From: Felis catus
Lineage: Eukaryota
Length of the DNA: 60,000 bases
Direction of reading: 5' to 3'
Assembly: GCF_018350175.1 (NCBI RefSeq)
Contig: NC_058368.1
Location: 176,702,001 to 176,762,000, forward strand
The notes below the pieces were generated by a model. It was not told the origin of the DNA and searched no databases. It was given only the letters and a program-made list of their open reading frames with translations. Positions 36,701 through 48,530 of this stretch are shown piece after piece (positions within the stretch are counted from its first letter, which is position 1; each line of letters opens with the position of its first letter). Made by a program: the position numbers and the translations under genes.

Positions 36701-37199
36701 AAACGTTCAGCCAAGAGACTAGCACGTAGTAGGTCTTCAGTAAACACAAGGCAGACTTGGAGGAGTTATGGTGAGGTACGGCTGAGGACATGGAAGTGAG
36801 AGGGCCTGGTACCTATAGGAGCACACTGAGCAGTCAAGGGCACTCATCTGCCTCCCCCAGCCCACCCCATGCTCTGAGTACCCTCTTTCCAAGACGGTGA
36901 CAATGGAAACTGCCTTCCACCTCCCCAAACCACTTCACAGAGGAATTGCTGCCAAACCTCCCAGCTCCTCAGGGGGGCCCAGGCTGCTCTGAGTTTTCTG
37001 TGCTGTGGTTGCCATGGCAGCCAAGTGGGTTCTCGCTTGCCCGGCATCCTGTCAATTTCATGGATCCCCTCCGTATTCTCTGAGGCCACTCTGTGCCCAG
37101 GCCCGTGCCAGACCGGGGACATAAAGAGGAAACAAGCCACTCCTGAGTCCAGGGAGAGCCCAATTGGAAGGAGCCTTGAAGGAGAAGATAGGCTACTCA

Positions 37200-37203
<4 letters not shown>

Positions 37204-37233
<30 letters not shown>
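37204..37233. repeat. (CA)n microsatellite, about 15 units
   Basis: Direct reading. Confidence 0.95.
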
Positions 37234-37237
<4 letters not shown>

Positions 37238-37411
37238 TTTGCACACATACTCACACTCTAGACTCCAGAGCATAAGGAAGTGATGAATCAAGGCTTTCAC
37301 AAGCACATGGGGGATGGGGGAGACATACACAGATTAGGAGACGATTCTCTGACCGTGATTCACAGGGCATAGGATGAGAACCCCTTGGGTGGGGGTGCTG
37401 CGGTAGCCCAG

Positions 37412-37900
37412 CTGTGTTAGTTATCACTGACATAACAAATTCCCCCAAAACTTCGCAGCCTAAAACAACAAACATTGATTATCTCACGGTTTCCAAGGGT
37501 CAGGAATCCTTAGGGTCAGGAGCAGCTTAGCTGGTGGGTCAAGGCCTTTCATGGGGTTGCAGTCTCTGAAGGGATTGGGGCGTCTTCCTCTGAGCATACT
37601 CATGCGGCTATTGGCTGGAGGCTTCAGTTCGTGGTTACGGGGGCCTCTACACAGGGCTGTTCATGACATGGCTTCCCTAGAGCCAGTGATCCAGGAGAAG
37701 GAAAGAGTGTGCAAATGACCAATAGAGCAGCCACGAGAGAAATCACAGTTTTCTCTAACCTAACCTAGAAGTGAGATGTCATCACCTCTGCGCTATGCTA
37801 TTGGTCACACAGACCAACCAGCCCAGTGTAAGAGAAGACTACGCAAGAGAATGAATGCCAGCAGGTAGAATCACTGGGGCCATCTTGGAGGCCATCACAC
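37412..37900 (-). mobile_element. MaLR solo LTR (MLT1F-like)
   Basis: tgtgttagttatc...cataacaaattcccccaaaact...aaacaacaaacattgattatctcac...gaatcactggggccatcttggaggc. Confidence 0.85.
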
Positions 37901-38360
37901 TGAGTCATACCCTATCCTCCTCCTCTGCTATTTAAACTCAAATTTCAACCAGATGATCCCTCCATAGCTCCAAGGAGAGAATCTGATTGATTTGAGTTAA
38001 TCAGGTAACCCCAAATTCCTTATCTGGAATTGGTTTAGAATGTGCAGATGACCCAATCCTGGCTAAGGGAAACTTAGGGACTCTTGAGAAAGCTTTTCCT
38101 CCCGCTACAGGAAAGAAATTATCACATCCTCGCCGGGTGTCACATGCAGGTTTGTCTGGAGCTGTGGCAGCCATTTTGCAACCCTGAGGAGAGTCATCAA
38201 GAATGTCTACTAAGAGGCAAAGAGGAAAGACCTGGTTGTGTCCAAATTAACTAACTGGAACTGTCCTACCTCCAGACCCCTTGTCAAATGAAAAGTTTCT
38301 CATCACTTCAGCTTCTTTTAGTTGAGTATTCTGTTATGTTCTGCCAAAGGCACACCAATA
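37900..38360 (+). mobile_element. Old MaLR LTR (MLT1H-J-like)
   Basis: ctggagctgtggcagccattttgcaaccctgagg...cctacctccagac...agttgagtattctgtta. Confidence 0.75.
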
Positions 38361-38379
38361 AAAATAGGCACTTCACCAA

Positions 38380-38740
38380 ATCAGGGAAATCAGGGCAGGC
38401 TTCTGAGAGGAAGTGCCTTTTAAGTTGGGCCTCGCTGAATGACTAGGAGTTCACCAGATCAAGCAGAGAGAGAGAAAGCATTCCAGACGGTGGCCCAGAG
38501 GTCTGAAAGAACAGGGCCCCTTGGTTCCTTGGTTCCTGAGGCACACGAGTAAGGGGCAGAGGTGAGAGGCAATGCTGGAGGGGAGCAGGAAGTGCGTTGT
38601 GTGGCCCCCCTCAGTCAGGATCAAGTGGCTAGACTTTATCCAGAGGGCGATGGGAGCGCGGGGAGAGACACGATTTCGTTTTCTAGAAGGTCCCCTCTGG
38701 GAGAAGTATGGAGGCTGTAGAGGAGGCAGTGAGGCAGCAC
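38380..38740 (-). mobile_element. L2 fragment
   Basis: aatcagggcaggcttctgagaggaagtg...aaagcattccagac...gactttatccagagggcgatgggag. Confidence 0.7.
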
Positions 38741-38884
38741 GAAGCAGGAGAACGAGTTCTACCTTGCGACGGACGTGTGTCTCCCTGTGGAGAGAAGGGC
38801 ACCAGGGTGGCACCAAGGCCCCTGGCTGGTTGCAAGAGCCCCCAGAGCTCAGGGGAAGGGCTTTGCTCGGGAAAGTGGCAAGGT

Positions 38885-39380
38885 CAGATCACATCATGCC
38901 CCTTCCTCCTCTAAAATCATCCTGTGGTTTCTCATCACTCTGATGGTAAACTCCAAACTACCCCCCCTGGCCTCACAGGCCCCATGTGATCCAGTCCTGG
39001 CCAATCGACATCTCTGGCTCCACCTTATACCCCTCTGCTTGCCCAGAATGCTCTAGTCACTGGCCCTTTGAACATGCCACCTCAGGGCCTTTGGATGTGC
39101 AGTTCCCTCTGCCTGGAAGGGGCCTTCCTATGGCGTTTTGCTCGGCTGTATATAGCTCAACCTCAGGTCGTAGCTCAGATGTCGCCTCCTCAGAAGTGTC
39201 TTCTTGACCACCCCCGTCCAAAGTAGGTTTCCCTAGCTTCTGTTACTTTCCGTTACATTGACCTCCTTAGTTCCTTCTAGCTCTTACCACAACCTTGAAA
39301 TATCATGTGCATTTATTCATTTGCTGTATATTGTCCGTCTGTATATTATTGTCTGTCTGCCCCATTGTCACGTGTCCTAC
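38885..39380 (+). mobile_element. L2 fragment
   Basis: cagatcacatcatgcc...cacctcagggcctttg...gttccctctgcctggaa. Confidence 0.8.
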
Positions 39381-39844
39381 TATCATGGCCCAAAGTGGGC
39401 ACAGACAAATATCTGTTCAGCTCATACTCACATCTTTCCCTTCATGTGGAGTATGGGGCCACCCAGACAGATAAGAAATCACTCTCAGAGGCAGTAAGAT
39501 ACCCAACCATTTTCCCATCTTGTTGCCATTACGTTCAAATTGATACCTGGCAGATTGTGTAAGTAACTCTGAGGACAGGGACTGTGCCTTCGACCTCCCG
39601 TGGGGTCTGAGTACAGTCCTATATGGAGGTATTTGACAAGCACTTGTTTGTGCAAACCAGTGATAATGGGGGTGGTGACGATAAGCTTTGCACTCGCACG
39701 CCCATTTGGAGGGACTACTTGGGACTTTCTATTAGTCAGTCGTCAAACAGCTGGGGACTATGGGGATAGAAGTCCAAGGTAGAGCACCTACCTTCATGAC
39801 TTTACAATCGAAACAGAGAAGCCAACGAGAACTCCAAAGATAAC

Positions 39845-40025
39845 AGCGTAGGACAGAGGAAAGAGCATGGGCTCTGGAGTCAGACAGATTTCGATCTCCA
39901 ACTCTATCACTTACCGCTGTGTGACCCGGCAAAATCCTTCACCTCTCTGTGCCTCTTTTTTCCCTGCCTATGGAAAAAAATGAGTCGTTCTTGCCTGAAC
40001 GGTTGTAAAAACATGTCATTCAGTA
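39845..40025 (+). mobile_element. MIR
   Basis: aagagcatgggctctggagtcagacag. Confidence 0.8.
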
Positions 40026-40298
40026 TTATTCCTCCACGAATGGTCATCAGGGATATAACCCCAATAGTATACAACACAGTAGACCCCTGGTCTAATATTG
40101 CATGTGGTTGCATTACGAAAATCCAGCGACAACCAATAAGTAAAAGTGTTTGGAATGTTTATCATAGTTATTCGTGAAGAGCTCTAATGGCAGGTTATGG
40201 GAGTTACGTCACATCAAGGAAACTTTACCAAAAATCCTGGCCACCGAGAAAACGCTCCACAAAACCAAAGTTGTTTTAATAGAGAGTGCTTATCTTTT

Positions 40299-40523
40299 TT
40301 TTTTTTTAATTTTTTTTTTTTAACGTTTATTTATTTTTGGGACAGAGAGAGACAGAGCATGAACGGGGGAGGGGCAGAGAGAGAGGGAGACACAGAATCG
40401 GAAACAGGCTCCAGGCTCTGAGCCATCAGCCCAGAGCCCGACGCGGGGCTCGAACTCCCGGACCGCGAGATCGTGACCTGGCTGAAGTCGGACGCTTAAC
40501 CGACTGAGCCACCCAGGCGCCCC
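40299..40523 (-). mobile_element. Young SINEC_Fc
   Basis: CpGs intact; perfect TSD agagagtgcttatctttt. Confidence 0.97.
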
Positions 40524-40613
40524 AGAGAGTGCTTATCTTTTATAGACATATACTGCAGTATTTATAAATAAAATGCCATGATGACAGAGACGTGCCTCCA
40601 AATAATCCAGTGG

Positions 40614-40719
40614 GGGGACGCCTGGGTGGCTCAGTCAGTTAAGCATCCAACTTCAGGCTCAGGTCATGATCTCTCACGGTCCCTGGGTTCGAGCCCCACA
40701 TCGGGCTCTGTGCTGACAG
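40614..40719 (+). mobile_element. 3'-truncated CanSINE
   Basis: Head to ctgtgctgacag only; no CT tract, tail or 3' TSD. Confidence 0.9.
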
Positions 40720-40819
40720 GTCGGCACATGGGACTTCAGATTGTATTAGTTCCCATCTTCATATTTGTGTTTGAAGTGCTTCATGATGAAAAGTATATTT
40801 TTAAAGCTCCCCAAAGAAC

Positions 40820-40975
40820 CTTGTGAAAAAGAAACTCTAATTTTCCTGTTGCACAGATGAAGGAGATAAGACAGAGAGGTTAGGTCACTTGTCCAAGGCC
40901 ACACAGCTTGTCTGGCAACGGAGTCAGAATTCAAAACTAGGTCAGCGTAACTCCAGAACCAGGGCCCTGGCTGCC
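40820..40975 (-). mobile_element. MIR
   Basis: cagagaggttaggtcacttgtccaaggccacacagct. Confidence 0.8.
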
Positions 40976-42189
40976 ACACCAGTCATTAGGGAAAAAATGA
41001 CAAGTCAACCAAATATGGGTTCAAATGTTCACAGAAAGGTATATTTAGTTAAACAACGAGAAGAGAATAGTTTTAAGAGGCCTAAACTGAAATATTGAAG
41101 GAAAACTTTTTTTTTTTTTTGAATCATCAGTTTGGTAGGGGTAGGAAGAGAAAGAACCCCTGCCCCTGGTCCTCTTCCTCCATCCTGGTTCTCTTTTCTC
41201 TCAGGATCAGAGTTTCAGAAGGTGGAAATAAATAATAACCGCCATAAATGTGCCCTATGTTCCAGCAGGACTGGCCGCTATCCCTGGGTCTTCCAGAGAC
41301 CCCCACGGAGGCCTGGGCACAGCGCCGACCCCTCCACAGAGGCTGCCAATTTGGAACTGAATGGGGAATGGGGGCACATCACAGTTCCCTAGAGCCCAAC
41401 GGCCAGGGTTCGAATCCAGTTTGCCCCCTCTAGCTGTGTGACTATGCCCCTCTAGTTACTCTCTCCCTCTGACCCTCGCAAGGCCCTTAGCATTGCGTTG
41501 GGCAGGTAGGAACCCAGTGAAGAGGTAACCCCCCCATCTCTGCCTTCTCTCTCTTGCAGGAGCGAGCCTTGCGGAGTAACATCAAGCACCAACCCAGCCC
41601 CCTGGGTGACGCCATAATAAGTTGTGAATGAGCAAGAACCCACTTACAAAAGCTGGAGCTGAGTCATTCCCTGCACCTTCGGCATCTGTGGGGGCTCCTG
41701 CGGCAGAAGGCAGATGAATGGGCTGAGTACACATCGTTGGCTCTGCAGCTCTAGCACGGCACCGCCACCAGGAGACTCCCCTTTCACATGGAGTGCACAG
41801 CAGGGGCTCACCTGTGTGCCCGGGCACGTTCTCCCTAGAGGACTGGGACCCAGCGTCGTGAGTGCTGGTCTCAGCCATACGGAGCTTAGAGTGATGGGCT
41901 GCTTAGCCCCTCATTTTAGATGAGGAAACAATCGATTGAGAAACAAATTAGAATCTGATGGGTTTGCCTATTGTCCAGCACCCTGTCCACCGGAAGATGC
42001 TTTTAAGAGAGGTGACAAAGCCCTCTGGTGGCAAGTCAGCCTGACGCTGGAAGAGGCCCTCCTTGAGCGTGTACGGAATAACAAAGCCGTGACTGCCCCC
42101 ATCTGGCGGGAGTCAGGAATACAGGACTCATGATTTAAGAGCCGAGAGCCCAAAGGGGCCCAAGCTGACACAACAGTCAGGAAAAGCTA

Positions 42190-42735
42190 CCTTTTAATGA
42201 GCACCTACTATGTGCCGAGCTCTTTTCATAAGCAGTCTCAGTTAATCGTCACAGTAACCCTTCGGGTTACCATTTTACAGAAGAGAAAACGGAGGCTCCG
42301 AGAAGGTTGCTGGTCTGGCCAAGGTCACCCCGTTTATTCAGCAGCAGAACCAAGGTCACATCCAGACCCACGAGTCCCAAAGCCCAGGCTCTGTTTGCCA
42401 GATGGAAAAAAAGAGAGAGGAAAAGAATGAAAATAACATGTCCTGGGCATCATCTGTGTCCCAGGCAGCATGGCTCCCTTACAATAAGAGCTGCCAACAC
42501 TTACCAAGTGCTCCCCACATGTCACGCGCTGTGCTGTTGTAGGGGGGTTCCCCAGACCAACTCATTTAACCCTCCTGATACCCCCTGAAGGACTATTTGT
42601 ATTCCCAGTTTATATATGAGGCAGGAGGGGGGGTGGGGGATCAATAGCCTCCCCAGGTCACACAGAGGTAAGCGGGGCTCAAAGCCCGTGCGTGGAACCT
42701 CCCGGCTCTGCGGCCTCTCGGAGGAGCGCTCACTG
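42190..42735 (-). mobile_element. Two MIR copies (~42190-42390, ~42480-42735)
   Basis: gagcacctactatgtgcc...cattttacagaagagaaaacggaggctc; ctcatttaaccctc...ccaggtcacacag. Confidence 0.75.
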
Positions 42736-43080
42736 CCACGTCCAACCGCCCCCGGGGCCGCAGCTCCTCACTCCCATTCTAGAGATGAACGCGTGGGCAC
42801 CAGAGGTTCATGCACCGCTCCCTCACCCTCTCATCCACGCGCTTGGCCAGCCCCTCTGACTCCACTTGAATTCAGTTCGTTTCAGAACGGCAGACTCCAG
42901 CCCTGGACCCGGAAGTTCTTCCTTTCCCTCCGCCCCCACAGGACGCCCCCACCAGCGCCACTAGGCGCCCCCAACCCGTCCTGAACAACCTGCTTCACTT
43001 CCTCTCCCCGCGTCTCAAAGATCTGCTTTCCATCCCGCAGCTGCCGAAATGCAAAGTCTGCCTCCCTGCACAGCGCCCTC
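42670..43080. promoter_or_regulatory. Candidate CpG-rich regulatory element
   Basis: About 25 CpGs counted by eye in ~400 bp; ETS motif ccggaagt at 42909-42916; GC box ctccgcccc at ~42928-42936. Confidence 0.35.
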
Positions 43081-43234
43081 AGGGTCCCCACGGGGGGCCT
43101 TCAGCTCAAAGTCCCAGCCCCGTGCAGGGCCTTGATGATGTGACTCCTGCACAGCCCCTCGATCTCAGTGCTCCTACTCCGGCCATGCCAGACATCCCTC
43201 ACTGTTAGCAACCAGGCCGCCCTTTGCCTCAGAA

Positions 43235-43470
43235 TAGCACGGTGGCTAAGCACGCAGTTCTAAGCCAGACCCCGTGGGTCCAAGTCCCAGCTCTGCCACT
43301 TACCTGCTGTGTGGCCTCGGTCCGGTTACGGAAGCTTTCTGGGCCTCGCTTTCCTCATCTTTAAAATAGGGACAACTGTACATTTGTACATAACATGTAC
43401 AGGATACATGCCAAACATTTAGTATAGGGCCTAGCTCATTGAAAGTGCTAGGTCAGTGCTAGCTATGGTT
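43235..43470 (+). mobile_element. MIR
   Basis: cccagctctgccacttacctgctgtgtggcctcgg...tttcctcatctttaaaataggg. Confidence 0.85.
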
Positions 43471-43499
43471 ATTTTAGTTAAATTTCAGTTCCACCATTA

Positions 43500-43925
43500 C
43501 TGGTTACGGTGAGGGCAGGATTACTCACCAGATATTCCATTTGTTTCCTTATATTCTGCAGCCCCCCTGCCGTGAGGCAGGGTCACGTGACCAGTCCGGC
43601 CAGCGACTTGCGACTGGAAATGTCAGAAGTAACCTTCAGACTAAAGCAGTGAGAAGCACACAGGCAATTCTCTAGCTGCCCCCTTTCCTTCCATGGCCAC
43701 AGACGGAGCTTCATGTGGGGATTAAAAAAAAAAAAAAAAAAAACAAGCCTTAGGATCCAATTTGCCTGGTCACTGAGTCACCACATGGAGAAGAGCAGCC
43801 CTGGAGGGTCGCTGAGATGCAGAGCCAGTCTTCCGTGAGTAAGAATGAGTACTTGTCCAAGAGCTCTAGGGGTCGACGGGTACCACGGCAGAGCTTAGCC
43901 TGTTCTGACCAATCTACACGGGCTG
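43500..43925 (+). mobile_element. Old MaLR LTR (MLT1H/J-like) with internal poly(A) at ~43723-43743
   Basis: gggtcacgtgaccagtccggcc...ctgagtcaccacatggagaagagcagccctggag...ttagcctgttctgaccaa. Confidence 0.7.
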
Positions 43926-44965
43926 AGCAAGTTGAGTAAGCTTTGTGAGTTACTCTCAATTTCCTCATCCGCGATAGGAAATCACATGAGGGTCCTGTGG
44001 CTGCCGCAGCAAACCACCACAGATCTGGGGGCTTAGAGTAACAGAAATGTATCACTTTACGCCACCTGCCTCACAAGGCGAGGTGAGATCTTGCACATAA
44101 TTAAACAGCTTGAAGAGACTGCCCCTTTTCTTCCCCCACCCCCAGATTCAGTGAGGTATAACTGACATAGAACACAGTGTGAGTTTCAGGTGCACAAAGT
44201 GCTGATTTGGTTTATGTCCATACTGCAAAATGATCACCACAGTTAGGTTACTTAGCACATCCAGTACCTTACATAGTTACCCTTTGTGTGCGCGTGTGGT
44301 AGGAACTTGTAAGATCTACTCTCTCAGCAACTCTCAAGCATACGAAACAGTATTGTTAGCTATAGTTGCCACGTTCTCCATTACATCCCCAGAACTTACT
44401 TATCTTATAACTGGAAGTTTGTGCCTTTTAACCTACACCCATTTCCCCCACCTGCAATCTCTCGAGAATCACCAATCTATTCTCTGATTCCATGAGTTCA
44501 GGTTTTTAGATTCTGTGTACAAGTGAGATCATCCAGTATTTGTTTTTCTCTGTCTGACTTATCTCACCTGGCATCATACCCGCAAGGCCCATCTCCTTTT
44601 TATGGCTGAATAACATTCCTGTGTATATGTATGTGCATACCTCATATGCACACCATTCATGTGTATGTATATATGTATATGTAAGTATGTATGTGTATAT
44701 ATATCACATTTTCTTTATCCATTCATCCATCAGTAAGCAGGTTGTTTCCATGTCTCGCCTACTGTGAATTGTTTCTATGTCTTGCCTACTGTGAATAATA
44801 TTGCAGTGAACATGGGAGCGCAGATATCTCTTCATGATAGTGATTGCATTTCCTTTGGATGTATACCCAGAAGTCGAATTGCTGGGTCATGTGGTAGTTC
44901 CAGTTTTAATTTTTTGAGGAACCCTCTATACTCTTTTCCATAGTGACCACGGCAATATGCATTCC

Positions 44966-45187
44966 AGGGCGCCTGGATGGCTCAGTCGGTTAAGCGTCCA
45001 ACTTCAGCTCAGGTCATGATCTCACGGTTTGTGAGTTCGAGCCCCGCGTCGGGCTCTGTGTTGACAGCTCAGAGCCTGGAGCCTGCTTCGGATTCTGGGT
45101 CTCCCTCTCTCTCTGCCCCTCCCATGCTCATGCCCCGTCTCTCTCTATCTCTCAATAATAAATAAATGTTAAAAAAAATTTTTTTTT
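44966..45187 (+). mobile_element. CanSINE
   Basis: Outer TSD aatatgcattcc (44954-44965, 45382-45393). Confidence 0.95.
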
Positions 45188-45362
45188 ACATGAGAGACTT
45201 AAATATGAAGAACAAACAGAGGGTTACTGGAGGGGTTGTGGGAGGAGGGTTGGGCTAAATGGGTAAGGGACATTAAGGAATCTACTCCTGAAATCATTGT
45301 TGCACTATATGCTAACTAACTTGGATGTAAGTTAAAAAAATAAAATAAAATTTTTTAATTAA
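45188..45362 (+). mobile_element. Short 5'-truncated felid L1 3' end inserted in a SINE tail
   Basis: gaacaaacagagggttactggaggggttgtgg...tctactcctgaaatcattgttgcactatatgctaactaac; own TSD ttaaaaaaaattttttt. Confidence 0.85.
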
Positions 45363-46785
45363 ATTAAAAAAAATTTTTTTAAATATGCATTCCTACCAAC
45401 AGTATACAAGGGCCTCCCTTTCTCCACATCCTTGTCTGTTGGATAATGGACATTCTAACAAGTGTGATGCCTCAAATTTGCATTTCCCTGGTAATTAGTG
45501 ATGTTAAGACCTTTTCGTGTACCTGTGGCCATTTGTTTATATTCTTTGGGAAAATGTCTATTCAAGCCCTGTGCCATTTTTAAATTGGATCATATATTTT
45601 TCACTATTGAGCTGTATGAGTTCCTTATGTATTTTGGATATTAACCCCTTATCAGATAGATGGTTTGCAAGTATTTTCTCCCATTTTGTAGGTTACTTTT
45701 TCATTTTGTTGATTATTTCTTCTGCTATACAGACGCTTTTTAGTTTGATGTAGACCCACTTGTTTATTTTTGGTTTCTTTTGCTTTTAGTGTCATATCCA
45801 AAAGCTTACTGCCAAGACCAATGTCATAGAGATATCCCCTTATGTTTTCTTCTAGGAGTTTTACGATTTTAGGTCATACATGTAAGTCTTGAATCCATTT
45901 CGAGTAGTTAATTTTTGTGCGTGACATAAGATAGGCATCCAGTTCCATCCTTTTGCATATGAATATCCAGTTTTCCCAACACCATATACTGCAGAGACTA
46001 TCTTTTCCGCATTAAGTATTCTTGGCCCCCTTGTCAAACATTAGCTGACTGTATATGTGTGGATTTCTAGACCCAGAGCTGTTGCACTGTTTAGGTGTCT
46101 GCTTCTATGTACCATACTGTTTTGATTACTATAGCTTTGCCATATAGTTTGAAATCAGGGAGTGTGGTGCCTCCAGCTTTGTTCTTCTTTCTCAAGATTG
46201 CTTTGGTTACTCGGGGTCTTTTGTGGCTCACACCAATTTCAGGATTCTCTTTGCTGTTTCTTTAAAAAAAAAAGTTCTTGGTCAGGCCTAAGGGGAGTTC
46301 CCAAGCCCACGTTGCCCAGTGGGGAACATCCCACAGAGGGCAACAAAGGCCTGATTCTTGGACCCCCACTGTGTTCAGTCCAGGGTACGTGTGGTCTGCG
46401 TGGACCAGAAGTGAGACCCTAAGTCAAATATGCTCCCCACAGCGGGTCCTCTTGAAGGGAGATCTGAACAGAGCAAACTCAATGGCTGTCACAGGCAGTG
46501 AAGGGGATGTCTGCCAGATTGCCCCATTGCACCCCATTCCTGTAATTGATAAGTAACCTGTGGAGCAGTTCTTCAAGCCTGTGTGAACATTCTGTTCACC
46601 TACTACCTCTCACCTACTGATTTTAGTAGTCACTCATGATCTGTGCCTGAATCAATTATCGGTTGCAAAATGGTGGCTTTCTACTTCTTTCATCCCTTCT
46701 AAATTTATTATTTGGCACTCTATTGTAAGACAGAGCCCCTTTCTTCTTCAGCATCATTATAAGCTCATACATCTTTAAAATTCAA

Positions 46786-47008
46786 GGGGCGCCTGGGTGG
46801 CTCAGTCGGTTGAGCGTCCGACTTCAGCTCAGGTCACGATCTCACAGTTCGTGAGTTCGAGCCCCACATCAGGCTCTGGGCTGATGGCTTAGAGCCTGGA
46901 GCCTGCTTCCGATTCTGTGTCTCCCTCTCTCTCTGCCCCTCCCCCATTCATGCTCTGTCTCTCTCTGTCTCAAAAATAAATAAACATTAAAAAAAAGAAA
47001 AAAAAAAT
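46786..47008 (+). mobile_element. SINEC_Fc-type SINE
   Basis: TSD aaattcaa. Confidence 0.95.
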
Positions 47009-47307
47009 TTAAATTCAATATATATTGATCCATTCCCAATGCTATCCTTTTGGTGTTTAAACCATACCCAAATTGGCCAGTGGGAGCCCTTTCAAGCGGA
47101 CTCATGTGCCCTTCTTGTCCTTTACTCTTGTCCCCATTGGTCCTGGAGCACTTGCTTGTGCCCCAGACTCACTTTGTGCCCCAGTGCTGGAATCGGCCAT
47201 TTCACCACAGAGCTCCTTGTGATGTATTTAGAAACCAGGGTCTGGTTTCTCACCAGAGATGCTCACCACTGCTCTAGTTTAGTGTTAGTCATTAGTTTAT
47301 AATGCTT

Positions 47308-47521
47308 TTTTTTTTAATTAAAAAAATTTTTTTAATGTTTATTTATTTTTGAGAGACTGAGCAAGAGTGGGGAAGGAGCAGAGAGAGAGGGAGGCACAGA
47401 ATCCAAAGCAGGCTCCAGGCTCTGAGCTGTCAGCACAGAGCCCAATGAGGTGCTTGAAACCACGGAGACCAAGATCATGGCCTGAGTCAGCACTTAACCG
47501 ACTGAGCCACCCAGGCGCCCC
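47308..47521 (-). mobile_element. CanSINE
   Basis: TSD tataatgctt. Confidence 0.95.
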
Positions 47522-48296
47522 TATAATGCTTGTTCTGATTCAAGTTCAACACCATAGGTTTCGTCTGAGCTTTTCCCCATTCCATAGCTACATCTTCCTT
47601 CTTCCAGAGGGAGAACTCTGGCTCACAATAGCATCAATGTATTAACTCCATTCCACAGTACGCAAAAATCACTACTCCAATGTGACACGCAGCACCAACC
47701 ACAAAAGCCCTACTGAGTAAAGATCGTGATCTATTTGAGGTTCTTTTCACCCTTTCGCCATATCTGGCTAAGAGTATGGAGTCACAGCCCTGGAAATGCT
47801 TTCATGGTCTGAACGGCTGTCACCAAGTTGACAGCCAGGTTCATTTGTTTCTGTCTGTATTCAATCCTAAGGTTGCTTTCTCCATCATCATTCAGGGTTT
47901 TTTTTTTGTTTCTAATTAGGGAAACTAGATGGCTGAAAAGTCAAAAGCTATAAAAAGATAGGGACTCTTCCAACCCTATGTTTCTTGCCCTATTCATACT
48001 TACTCCCATAGGTGACCGTGTTCATTATTTCTACCTTTTTCTCCCCATGTTCCATCTTTACAAAACAACAAAGGACAAATACATGTACACATGTATGCGT
48101 GTTCTTATTTCTTTTTCCTACAAAAAGAGCACATGTTACAAGAACTTTTTTGCACTTTGCCTTTTCTCACTTAAAGATACATCTTAGAAACTATTCCAGA
48201 TGAGTTCCTAGAGGTCCTCCTTGATCTATTTGAAAATTTTAATTTTTAATTACACAAACACTAATAGCTCTCTGCTTGTCCTTTAAAAGAAGACCC

Positions 48297-48530
48297 AGGG
48301 TGCCTGGGTGGCTCAGTTAGTTAAGCATCCAACTCTCAGTTTTGGCTCAGGTCACGATCTCATGGTTCGTGGGTTCGAGCCCCACGTCGGGCTCTGTGAG
48401 GACAGTGCAGAGCCCGCTTGGGGTTCTCTCTCTCTCTCCCCTCTCTCTCAGCCCCTCCCCTGCTTACCCACACTCTCTCTCAAAATAAGTCAATAAACTT
48501 AAAAAAAAATTTTTTTTTAGTTAAAAAAAT
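48297..48530 (+). mobile_element. CanSINE
   Basis: gggtgcctgggtggctcagttagttaagc head, CT tract, A tail. Confidence 0.93.

Larger units (their letters stand above)
40080..40805 (+). mobile_element. L1ME-like 3' end, interrupted by two SINEs
   Basis: cttatcttttatagacatatactgcagtatttatag-like segment...aaataatccag...atttgtgtttgaag..tcatgatgaaaag. Confidence 0.6.
44140..46270 (-). mobile_element. L1MA9/carnivore L1 3' portion
   Basis: gaggtataactgacatag...aagatctactctctcagcaa...gtatacccagaagt...ccagctttgttcttctttctcaagattgctttgg. Confidence 0.92.
46500..48230 (-). mobile_element. L1MC4/5-like 3' region
   Basis: gcctgaatcaattat..ggttgcaaaatggtg...aattggccagtgggagccctttcaag...ctggaatcggccatttc. 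Confidence 0.78.

Noticed and set aside
36430..39380. Oppositely oriented L2 fragments as a possible miRNA-type hairpin source
   Set aside because: The adjacent pair covers non-overlapping L2 regions and the other pair is distant and highly diverged; no compact hairpin seen
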